Assembly: GCA_040879145.1 (NCBI GenBank) | Contig: JBBDKX010000035.1 | Location: forward strand, 1,122-65,121 | Reading direction: 5' to 3' | From: Candidatus Spechtbacterales bacterium | GTDB lineage: Bacteria; Patescibacteriota; Minisyncoccia; Spechtbacterales; 2-12-FULL-38-22 | DNA length: 64,000 bases | In this document: positions 37,694 to 46,032 of the stretch, one piece after another | Position numbering within the stretch: the stretch's first letter is position 1 | Layout of the letters: every line of letters begins with the position of its first letter | Notes under the pieces: generated by a model | Told to the model about the DNA's origin: nothing | The model's database searches: none | What the model saw: the letters and a program-made list of their open reading frames with translations, nothing else | Made by a program: the position numbers and the translations under genes

Positions 37694-38986
37694 TTATTGG
37701 TCTTGTATTAGTTTCACCATACGGCTTAATGTTTTGGTTAATAAAGTATCTTTTTCTATTGAGATATGTAAAAGATGGTCCGCAATACCCGCCACAGAAA
37801 CAAGCTGAGAGTGAGAATTTACAGATTCATCTATTTTAATATTCTCAAACATTGCCGGATCCAAAATATGTATTTTAGGCGGTTTCAAAAAAGAAAGTTC
37901 ACGCTTCCACTTTCTTTTACGTATTATATCATCAATCAAAGGAATATGCCCACCGCCCCCATGAACAAATATCTCACCGGGAAGCAAGGTTGTCCGTGAA
38001 AACTCTTTCAATATCATTTCCAGTGCGCTCAAAAACAGTGAAATCTCTCCCTGCAAAATGTCCTCAACAACACCCAAAGCATTTCCGCTCAGGTTTCCGT
38101 TGCTATATCTGAGTTTTATATTTTCAGCCTCCCAAAACCCAATTTCAAAATGAGACGCAATACGGCGCGTAAAAGATTCTCCGCCAAAAGAAAAGGTTCT
38201 TATGTCCTCAAACTTGCCCTTTCTTGCCAAACTAACGCGCGTCGTCTTGCCGCCTATGTCTATAATAATACCTTCAAACTCTTCGCCATGTTTTCTACGC
38301 AAGGCGCTGAACACAGCATAGGGCTCATAAATAAGCGAGGTAAGATTGAATTTTAATTGCCGGGCAACCTCATCAAAAATATTTTTATAAAATATCGGTA
38401 AATACGCGTTAAACACACTAATATAAAGCTCTTCACCATCAAAACCTATGGGGTTTGTAACTTTATAGCCGTCTATTCTCACATCCTGAATTGAAGAATT
38501 TATAAGCAAAACGTCGGTTTCCGAGTACCCGCTATCTACTACAAACCTACGTCTTATATCTTCGTACGCCTTCAACTCCGCGTTGTGTATGGCGTTTTTC
38601 AACTCTCTCAAATCAATCTTTGCCTCAGGATTTTCCCGTTTATAAATATATGAAAAATTATGGCCGTAGACCATTTCCGAAGCCAGCCCTATTACTATAT
38701 CTTTCGTCCTGCCTGATCTCGCCTTGCGTCCACTAAAGATGCTGTCAAAAGCTCTTTTTACGGTAGAGGTTATCTGTTTAATATGTTCAACCTCATCTGT
38801 AGCGCCTGTGTTGTGAGTGTGTAACTCCTCGGCTACACGTAAAATAGTCGCCTCTTTAGACTGCTTGTTTATCTCAACAAGCGCAAGCTTTACACTGCTT
38901 CTTCCAAGATCAAGAACATATAAATTCTCATACTTTTTTGAGAACAAGTATTTAAAAAATTTCGGCTTTCGCAAAAGCTTTTTCAT
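37694..38986 (-). CDS. FtsA-like actin-fold ATPase
   Basis: LDLGRSSVK, EPYA, IDIGGKTT, GGESFT, AENIK, GGGG. Confidence 0.8.
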   Translation of the reverse strand: MKKLLRKPKFFKYLFSKKYENLYVLDLGRSSVKLALVEINKQSKEATILRVAEELHTHNTGATDEVEHIKQITSTVKRAFDSIFSGRKARSGRTKDIVIGLASEMVYGHNFSYIYKRENPEAKIDLRELKNAIHNAELKAYEDIRRRFVVDSGYSETDVLLINSSIQDVRIDGYKVTNPIGFDGEELYISVFNAYLPIFYKNIFDEVARQLKFNLTSLIYEPYAVFSALRRKHGEEFEGIIIDIGGKTTRVSLARKGKFEDIRTFSFGGESFTRRIASHFEIGFWEAENIKLRYSNGNLSGNALGVVEDILQGEISLFLSALEMILKEFSRTTLLPGEIFVHGGGGHIPLIDDIIRKRKWKRELSFLKPPKIHILDPAMFENIKIDESVNSHSQLVSVAGIADHLLHISIEKDTLLTKTLSRMVKLIQDQ

Positions 38987-39160
38987 TACTATAAGTATAG
39001 CATGAATAATATTTGCGCTTCACGTGGATAACTACCTTAAATAATTTTAAAATGTACATCTTTTCTGCTATAGCAGAAAAGATGTACATAAACAAAAACT
39101 CAGGAAATTATTCCTGAGTTTACGCCAAATAGAGAAATTCTCACTCCTTTACCTTCATCT

Positions 39161-39424
39161 TTAATCATTCAAAAGAGTTGCCCTATACAAAAGTTCGTCC
39201 AATACTCCAATTACAACATTGTGGTCTGACCAACCCTCTGAAGTTGGATATGCCGCATGTATTCCCATATAAATTATACCCAGAGCTTCTTCTTCTGAAA
39301 CAGCTTCCACAAGGCACACATTATGGAGTATTTTCTTTGTAAGTGCTATTTTGTCTTCAGCAGAATCTACATCCGTGTGTTCTTGAATAACCACGAAAGA
39401 TCCGATATAACGAGTTTTAGACAT
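39161..39424 (-). CDS. Small hypothetical protein
   Basis: MSKTRYIGSF..., SD AAGGAG, VEAVSEEEALG. Confidence 0.6.
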   Translation of the reverse strand: MSKTRYIGSFVVIQEHTDVDSAEDKIALTKKILHNVCLVEAVSEEEALGIIYMGIHAAYPTSEGWSDHNVVIGVLDELLYRATLLND

Positions 39425-39500
39425 CTTTTCTCCTTCCAGTGAACTAAAACAAAAATACCACAAATTAATGTGGTGGTCAATAAATTTAAACCAACGCGGA

Positions 39501-39629
39501 GCCAATTTTTCTTTTAAGTAGCTCTCGGAAGCGGAAAAGCTTGGTTCCCGTCAGGGATTTTGCGCTGAGAGGCAGCGGCGGATTTTCGCTGGAAAAATCC
39601 GACCGCGGTACTTAAAAGAAAAGATTGGC
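39501..39629. mobile_element. ~130-bp element with 20-bp terminal inverted repeats downstream of alaS
   Basis: gccaatttttcttttaagta ... tacttaaaagaaaagattggc around a GC-rich core. Confidence 0.55.
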
Positions 39630-39641
39630 GGAGCGTACACT

Positions 39642-41510
39642 CTACTCTAAAACCGCCTTAATTCGTCTTTTCCCGGCAGAGATACTCTCTTCTTTTTTTA
39701 TCTTAAAATGTCCGAGTTCAGATGTGTTCTTTACATGCGGGCCACCACAGTATTCAAACGAGTACATCTCGCTTCGCTCTGCTGTGGCAGGGTCGGCTCC
39801 TATGCCATAAACTCGCACAGTATCGCCATATGTATCTTCAAAAAGCCCTATCGCCCCCATTTCTTTTGCTTTTTCTTTCGAAATATCACTGTAATAAACA
39901 GGAAGCGCCTCTTTTACTTTTTGGTTCACAATGTCTTCGGTTTCCTTTATCTCGTCAGGAGTCATTTTCTCCCCGTGCGAAAAATCAAACCGTAACCGCT
40001 CAGGAGTTATATTGCTTCCTGTTTGGAACACATGGCTTCCCAGCACATCACGCAGCGCCTGGTGCAAAAGATGAGTTGCGGTGTGATATTTTACAGACAT
40101 CTCAGAGTGGTCAGCAAGACCCCCTTTGAACTTTTGCTCAGCTCCCGCGCGTGAAAGCGCTTTGTGTTTTTCCATCTCTTTTTCAAAACCTTCTCTGTCA
40201 ACATTCACACTCTTTTCTTCCGCCAATTCAAGTGTAAGGTCAAATGGAAAGCCATAAGTAGAAAACAAAATAAACGCCTCTTCTCCTGATATCTCTTTTT
40301 TCTCTGCAAGTTTCTCAAACTCTTTTAGTCCTTTAGTTAATGTCCTCCTGAATTTTTCTTCCTCTTTTTTTATGGCATCCTCTATTTCTTTTTGTTTTTC
40401 AGCAAGCTTAGGATAGGCCTCTTTATAATTTTCTACAACAGCAGGTACAAGCTTGTGCAAAGTGTTTTCTGTAATTCCCAAAAGGTCCATATGGCGTACA
40501 CTTCTTCGCAAAAGACGGCGTGTTATGTAACCCGAGTCTGTGTTGCTTGGGCTGGCGCCGTCGGCTATTACAAAAACGGCGGCGCGCAAATGGTCGGCAA
40601 CCACCCTGAAAGAATGCTGAAACTCCGCATTTGAATATGTCTTCCCCGATGCTTCCTCAAGGTTTTTTATTATCTTTTTAAAAACATCTATTTCAAACAC
40701 ATCGCCGTTATTATTAGAGGCCGCAGTTATCCTCTCAAGCCCTCCGCCAAAATCAACATTTTTTTGGGGAAGATTTTCAAAAGTACCACCTTCTGTTTTT
40801 ATGTACTCCATAAAAACAGAGTTTCCTATTTCCAAAAACCTGCCACAGTCACAGTTGGGGTGGCAAACCTCGCCAAAAGCCGAATCGTGCTCCGTTCTAA
40901 AATCATAAAAAATTTCCGAATCAGGACCTCCGGGTTCTCCCGCGGGCATATTTTGGGGCATTCCCGCGCGGCTCCACCAATTCTTTTTCGCGTCGTAATA
41001 AAATATTCTGCCACCCTGCATGCCAAGCTCTCCCGCGTTTTCAACATCTTTTGCTTCTATCCCTTTTTCTTCAAATATTTTTTTCCAGATTTCAACAGAT
41101 TCTGTATCACGAGGTATATTATTTGCCTCGTCTCCCGCAAAAACGGTTACGTAAATATTATTTGAATCAAGCCCTACAACATCTGTCAAAAATTCAAAAA
41201 ACCATGGAATCTGTTCCTTTTTAAAGTAAACGCCCAAAGACCAATTCCCGAGCATTTCAAAAAAAGTCGTATGGCGGTTATCACCTACCTCCTCTATGTC
41301 CTCTGCGCGAAAACTTTTTTGAGAGTCCACAAGCTTGTTACCATCAGGATGTTTTTCTCCAAGCAGATAGGGTAAAAGGGGCTGCATGCCCGAACCTGTG
41401 AAAAGGGTTGTCGGATCGTTCTCAGGTAAAAGCGAAGCTGAGGGTATGACAGAATGCCCTCTTTCTTCAAAGAATTTTAAATATTTTTGGCGTATCTCAT
41501 TGGAAGTCAT
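39642..41510 (-). CDS. alaS: Alanine--tRNA ligase (no C-Ala domain)
   Basis: HTTFFEMLGNWS, VDFGGGLER, DHLR, HTATHLLH, CGGPHV. Confidence 0.96.
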   Translation of the reverse strand: MTSNEIRQKYLKFFEERGHSVIPSASLLPENDPTTLFTGSGMQPLLPYLLGEKHPDGNKLVDSQKSFRAEDIEEVGDNRHTTFFEMLGNWSLGVYFKKEQIPWFFEFLTDVVGLDSNNIYVTVFAGDEANNIPRDTESVEIWKKIFEEKGIEAKDVENAGELGMQGGRIFYYDAKKNWWSRAGMPQNMPAGEPGGPDSEIFYDFRTEHDSAFGEVCHPNCDCGRFLEIGNSVFMEYIKTEGGTFENLPQKNVDFGGGLERITAASNNNGDVFEIDVFKKIIKNLEEASGKTYSNAEFQHSFRVVADHLRAAVFVIADGASPSNTDSGYITRRLLRRSVRHMDLLGITENTLHKLVPAVVENYKEAYPKLAEKQKEIEDAIKKEEEKFRRTLTKGLKEFEKLAEKKEISGEEAFILFSTYGFPFDLTLELAEEKSVNVDREGFEKEMEKHKALSRAGAEQKFKGGLADHSEMSVKYHTATHLLHQALRDVLGSHVFQTGSNITPERLRFDFSHGEKMTPDEIKETEDIVNQKVKEALPVYYSDISKEKAKEMGAIGLFEDTYGDTVRVYGIGADPATAERSEMYSFEYCGGPHVKNTSELGHFKIKKEESISAGKRRIKAVLE

Positions 41511-41548
41511 AACTTCCCTATTATAGCAAAATTATTGTTTATCGCAAC

Positions 41549-41851
41549 TTACAGTCCCCTTCTCTCGTGGTGGTCGCCGTAGCGAAGTTCACGCTCCAAA
41601 TCCTGAAGCTCCCTGCTTCTTCTTTTTTTAGATACCTCCTTAACGCGTATATCGTTCTCTAATCTTCTTATCTCAACCTGTCTCTTTCGCAAATCGCGAC
41701 TGGCTTCATTTATGGTCTGTTCAAGCTTTTCCTCTTCTTTTTTCGCTTCCAATAGCTTTTTATTTAATTCTTCAAGCTCACCCTCCTCTTTTTCAAGCAT
41801 CATTCTAAAATGCTTAATATCGCGGGGGGATATGTCTCCTTGCATTATCAT
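41549..41851 (-). CDS. Coiled-coil hypothetical protein
   Basis: E/K/R heptad-rich 100-aa ORF. Confidence 0.6.
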   Translation of the reverse strand: MIMQGDISPRDIKHFRMMLEKEEGELEELNKKLLEAKKEEEKLEQTINEASRDLRKRQVEIRRLENDIRVKEVSKKRRSRELQDLERELRYGDHHERRGL

Positions 41852-41935
41852 ATGCTCTTATTATACATCATTATGGGACAAAATAAAAAAACAGCCCCTT
41901 AAATATTGGGCTGTTATAAAAAATTGGGGTGGTAA

Positions 41936-42211
41936 TTAGTCTTGTTCTTCAACAAGCTCTATTCTTACCTTTGTATGGGGTGATTCTTTGTCGTAAATAA
42001 ATTCCTTTTTTAAAACCCTGTATTTCTTGCCTTCTTTCAACTGTCCGGGTCCGTTTTTTGTGCCATCAGCTACCACATCAATGAAAAATACTTTTTCTTC
42101 CACAGAGCCATCTCCTTTTTTGTCCGGCATATATGATATTCTTTGAGAAAACTCCGCTAAACGCAATGTATTCTTGCGCAATCGCTTGCGTTCTTCATCT
42201 GTTAGAGCCAT
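41936..42211 (-). CDS. Small hypothetical protein
   Basis: SD AGGAGG, upstream TTGACA, downstream terminator 41890-41914. Confidence 0.65.
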   Translation of the reverse strand: MALTDEERKRLRKNTLRLAEFSQRISYMPDKKGDGSVEEKVFFIDVVADGTKNGPGQLKEGKKYRVLKKEFIYDKESPHTKVRIELVEEQD

Positions 42212-42289
42212 ACGAAACCTCCTCTTAAGTACTGAGTATACTCTACCAAAATTTTAAAAAATGTCAAAAATTTAAACCCGATTTTTATT

Positions 42290-42907
42290 CTATTGTACAA
42301 CCTTCGTCAAAACCTTGCCTATTCTCTCCGCCATTATTTTATTTCCGGCGTCATTTGGGTGTATAGAGTCGTGCATAAGGTCGCGATTCTTTAAAATATT
42401 CTTTAAAATATTCGGAACAAAAGCGCTTCTGGTTTCTTTGGCAAGTTCTTCGTATTCGTCGTCATAAGGATCAAGTAATTTTCCCGGAATACCCACAAGC
42501 ACAACTACCGCCCCTTCGGCCTGTATGCGGGTTATTATTTGCTCCAGATTATTAAGAGTTTCTTCTTTTGGTATGCGGCGCAAAACATCATTACCGCCAA
42601 GTAAAATTATTACAATTCGCGGGTTTTTATCCAAAACATCACTATCTAAACGCGCCAAAGCGCTTTCTGTTGTATCTCCGTTCACTCCCGCGTTTGTTAT
42701 CTCCTCGCTTATATCACGGCTTAAAACATCTACCCAATTATTCCCCTCGGTTGCTCCGGCGCCATAAACTAAGCTATCCCCAAACGCCACAATGTTTTTA
42801 CCTGCAACAGGTTGCTTTACATCCCGATTCTCACGCGTAAAAAAATACACAACCCCCACGATCAGCAAAACAACCGCAATATAAATTATTATTTTATTTA
42901 AATTCAT
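42290..42907 (-). CDS. SGNH/GDSL arylesterase, membrane anchored
   Basis: FGDSL, NAGVNG, GGND, DSIHPN. Confidence 0.93.
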   Translation of the reverse strand: MNLNKIIIYIAVVLLIVGVVYFFTRENRDVKQPVAGKNIVAFGDSLVYGAGATEGNNWVDVLSRDISEEITNAGVNGDTTESALARLDSDVLDKNPRIVIILLGGNDVLRRIPKEETLNNLEQIITRIQAEGAVVVLVGIPGKLLDPYDDEYEELAKETRSAFVPNILKNILKNRDLMHDSIHPNDAGNKIMAERIGKVLTKVVQ

Positions 42908-43010
42908 ACTTATAGTTTACCAAAACAAAAGCCGGCTCCAAAGAGCACAAAAATACACAGGTTCAACCTGTGTATTTTACACAAACTAAAAACCGGCTCT
43001 TTAGAGCCGG

Positions 43011-43909
43011 CCACGACCGTAGTGTAATGTCAGATTGAAAATAAAAAACAGACCTTCCGAAGGTCTGTTTTAAAGAACTAATTCGTTTCCGGTTCAATTT
43101 GCAGCTTCACACATGCTTTATCATACACGGCAGCAACTAAGCGACCGATAAGAGTTTTCCTTAACCTCGGCCATGCTTTTACTATCAAAGTGATAATAAA
43201 GGCCAACAAAGGCAAGCCGACAAAAGCTACAGCGCCCAAAGTAAGCAGCAGAGAACGCCAAGACTCAGCTGTCTGAGGAAGGAACGGTCCTTCGGCTTCA
43301 ACAAATAATCCTTCTGTAACGCCTTTGTATATAAGATAGGGAATAGCCACCACTAAAATAAGTATTGCGGGTAGCCACCAAGATAAAAACGCCACCAATT
43401 TCCAGTAAGTAGGGCAAATCCGAACTTCTTCGGGCACATCTTTAATAAATACTGTCCAGCCGCTATCGGTTACAATTTCTTTGTCCGGAGTGTAATTCTG
43501 GATAATCTTATACAGCCATGAACCCCTTGGCACCTGCCCTTTTTCGTTCAAAACGAAAAAAGTAGCAAATAGTAAAGCAACAGCCGGTATAAGCAGTAAC
43601 ACAACGACGACAACTGCAGCGAATAGCTTAGATCTAATATCTTCTATAAACAGAGGATCGCCGGGAAAATAACTATCATCAGCACCAACATACCTTGTCG
43701 GATGCCAATTCTGCCACAACCAAATAATTCCCACGTTTAAGAGCGCTATAAAGCCAACAAGCGATAATCTTGATTTGATCATTCCATTCATTCCATTTCC
43801 TTTCTGTCAAAGTAACTGCCGAAATTCTAACACAAAACATATAGTACGTCAATTTTTTCTAACCACAATCTGACATTACACCACGACCGTGGTGTAATGT
43901 CAGATTGAA
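43011..43909. mobile_element. Gene cassette bounded by 29-bp direct repeats, the right one being half of a 42-bp palindrome
   Basis: 43011-43039 versus 43881-43909 is 28/29 identical; palindrome 43866-43907. Confidence 0.65.
43078..43791 (-). CDS. Four-TM hypothetical membrane protein
   Basis: Four hydrophobic segments, own promoter (TTGACG...TAGAAT) and terminator 43047-43071. Confidence 0.75.
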   Translation of the reverse strand: MNGMIKSRLSLVGFIALLNVGIIWLWQNWHPTRYVGADDSYFPGDPLFIEDIRSKLFAAVVVVVLLLIPAVALLFATFFVLNEKGQVPRGSWLYKIIQNYTPDKEIVTDSGWTVFIKDVPEEVRICPTYWKLVAFLSWWLPAILILVVAIPYLIYKGVTEGLFVEAEGPFLPQTAESWRSLLLTLGAVAFVGLPLLAFIITLIVKAWPRLRKTLIGRLVAAVYDKACVKLQIEPETN

Positions 43910-44013
43910 CAAAATAAATGCATCATAATATGATGCATTTATTTGGAATTGACTCATAAATGACTCACAAATAATCAACTCATGCTATGAGTCGATTATT
44001 TATAGTATGGTGC

Positions 44014-44137
44014 GGAACTTTCAAAAATTTGGATGCAATACAAGGCGTGGCCGAGCACCGGAATAAGACGTAGATAATAACTACGTCGTTGAGGAGCGCA
44101 GGCCACAACACAGTAGTGCGTCAAATTTTAAAGTTCC
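44014..44137. mobile_element. Palindromic MITE-like element, copy 2, abutting the mnmA stop
   Basis: Outer IR ggaacttt...aaagttcc; core shared with 25161-25212. Confidence 0.7.
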
Positions 44138-45229
44138 TTACCTTATTATTCCGCCTCCCAATACCTCTTCGCCCTTGTATATAACCGCCATCTGTCCGGG
44201 AGTAACCGCCCTTTGGGGTTCTTTAAACTTAAGCACAACCTTACCGTTATTTTCCATCAATTCCGCCTCCTCAGGCTCCTGGCGGTAGCGAATGCTCGCA
44301 GTTACCTTTAATGGCATTTGAGGTGTAGCATTAATCCAAGCCATATCTTCAAGCACTAAAGAATTCTCAAACAATTTATCCTCATACCGTGTTCCTACAA
44401 TAAGCTTGTTTTCTTTTATATCTTTATCTACTACATAGTAAGGCACGCCTCCCCCTCCCGTACCAACACCCTTTCTTTGACCGATTGTATAGTACTGCAC
44501 TCCTTTGTGCTCTCCTATTTCCTCTCCACCAACAGTAACTACAACCCCGGGCTTTTGGGGAATATATTCTTCAAGAAACTGACTCACATCCACTTTTCCT
44601 ATAAAGCAAAGCCCTTGAGAATCCTTTTTTTCAGAATTTGGAAGATTATACTTTCGCGCCAATTCACGCACTTTTGGTTTTGGTAACTCACCTATCGGAA
44701 ACATCGCCCGCGCCAAACGCTCTCCAGGCACACGGTGCAAAAAATATGTCTGGTCTTTATTTTTATCAATACCCCTAAGCAATTTAATCATCCCTTTGTC
44801 GCTTGATATGCGCGCATAATGCCCCGTTGCCATATAATCCGCTCCAAAATCATTTATCGCCTTATCATAAAAAACACCGAATTTAATTTCGTTATTGCAC
44901 ATCACATCAGGATTTGGGGTTCGCCCTGCCCCATATTCACTGACAAAATAGTCTACAACCCGTGCTTTATACTCATCTACCAAGTCAACACTGTAAAAAG
45001 GAATACCTATGGTTTGCGCCGCGCGCCGCGCCCAATACTCATCTTCTTCCGCCGTGCACCCTGCTAAAGCTTGTGCTGAGCTTGCCGAAGCATCATCGGC
45101 GTTCCAGCAACGCATAAAAACACCAACGACATCATATCCCTGTTCTTTAAGCAGTGTGGCAGAAACACTTGAATCCACACCGCCTGACATTGCGACTACT
45201 ACTTTTGTGTTTTTATTCACTTTGCTCAT
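44138..45229 (-). CDS. mnmA: tRNA-specific 2-thiouridylase
   Basis: AMSGGVDSS, TPNPDVMCN, ATGHY, KDQTYFL, KDSQGLCF, AVTPGQ. Confidence 0.97.
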   Translation of the reverse strand: MSKVNKNTKVVVAMSGGVDSSVSATLLKEQGYDVVGVFMRCWNADDASASSAQALAGCTAEEDEYWARRAAQTIGIPFYSVDLVDEYKARVVDYFVSEYGAGRTPNPDVMCNNEIKFGVFYDKAINDFGADYMATGHYARISSDKGMIKLLRGIDKNKDQTYFLHRVPGERLARAMFPIGELPKPKVRELARKYNLPNSEKKDSQGLCFIGKVDVSQFLEEYIPQKPGVVVTVGGEEIGEHKGVQYYTIGQRKGVGTGGGGVPYYVVDKDIKENKLIVGTRYEDKLFENSLVLEDMAWINATPQMPLKVTASIRYRQEPEEAELMENNGKVVLKFKEPQRAVTPGQMAVIYKGEEVLGGGIIR

Positions 45230-45357
45230 AAAAATAATTTCAAATTGCGAACGAAGTGAGCTTTATTATACCACATTTTTACAAAAATAAAACCCTTAAG
45301 CTACGCATACAGGCTCTACTATCACCCTCAGAGGGTGCCAGTAGAGCCTGTTTATTG

Positions 45358-46029
45358 TTACTTGGTAATATTGCTGATTAGCCACTCGGATAGTTCGTCC
45401 ATAAACTCAGGGTGTTTTTTAAAAATATCAGTACCATGACCGCCCTCCTCATAAATACGGGTCTTAACACGCTCTCCTCCGCAATCTGCTATTTCTCCTA
45501 CCGCTCTAAACGAATCTGGCACGTTTGGGTCGTCCTTTGTAGCAGCCATATATATCGCCTGACCGGCGCGTAATTTCTTAATCAAAGGCAGTGTTTCTAT
45601 GCCGTGATAATCAAACCCGGGAGAAAGAGCAAAACCGACCTGCGATTGCGGGTTTTGCGCCATATACTGTATAGACAAGTTTGCTCCTATAGACGCGCCA
45701 CCGACAACAATATTTTTAATTTCCACACCTTTATTTATAAAAAAATCCTGCGCAGCCAAAACATCAAACATTTTTTCCTGTTGCTGTTTGCTTGAAAATT
45801 CCCTGTAATCCAACTTCCCTCCTTGTGTACTTTCACCATGCCCGCGCTCGTCTATCGCTAAAACCTGAAATCCTTTTTCCAACAATAAAGACGCAAATTC
45901 ATCCCAACTCTCTTTGGTTGAAGGCATCATATGAAGCAAAATAACAGCAGGCGATGTTTCATCGCCTGCCGGATAGTAATCTCCTACTATTTTTATATTA
46001 TCTTTAGTTGTAAGCGTAACCTTTTCCAT
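45358..46029 (-). CDS. Alpha/beta hydrolase
   Basis: DERGHGES, GASIG nucleophile elbow, GHGT. Confidence 0.88.
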   Translation of the reverse strand: MEKVTLTTKDNIKIVGDYYPAGDETSPAVILLHMMPSTKESWDEFASLLLEKGFQVLAIDERGHGESTQGGKLDYREFSSKQQQEKMFDVLAAQDFFINKGVEIKNIVVGGASIGANLSIQYMAQNPQSQVGFALSPGFDYHGIETLPLIKKLRAGQAIYMAATKDDPNVPDSFRAVGEIADCGGERVKTRIYEEGGHGTDIFKKHPEFMDELSEWLISNITK

Positions 46030-46032
46030 AAA

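Noticed and set aside
39642-41510. alaS, dnaX, rpsD and rplM as truncated pseudogenes
   Set aside because: All catalytic or core motifs are intact with clean ends; compact forms fit a reduced genome.
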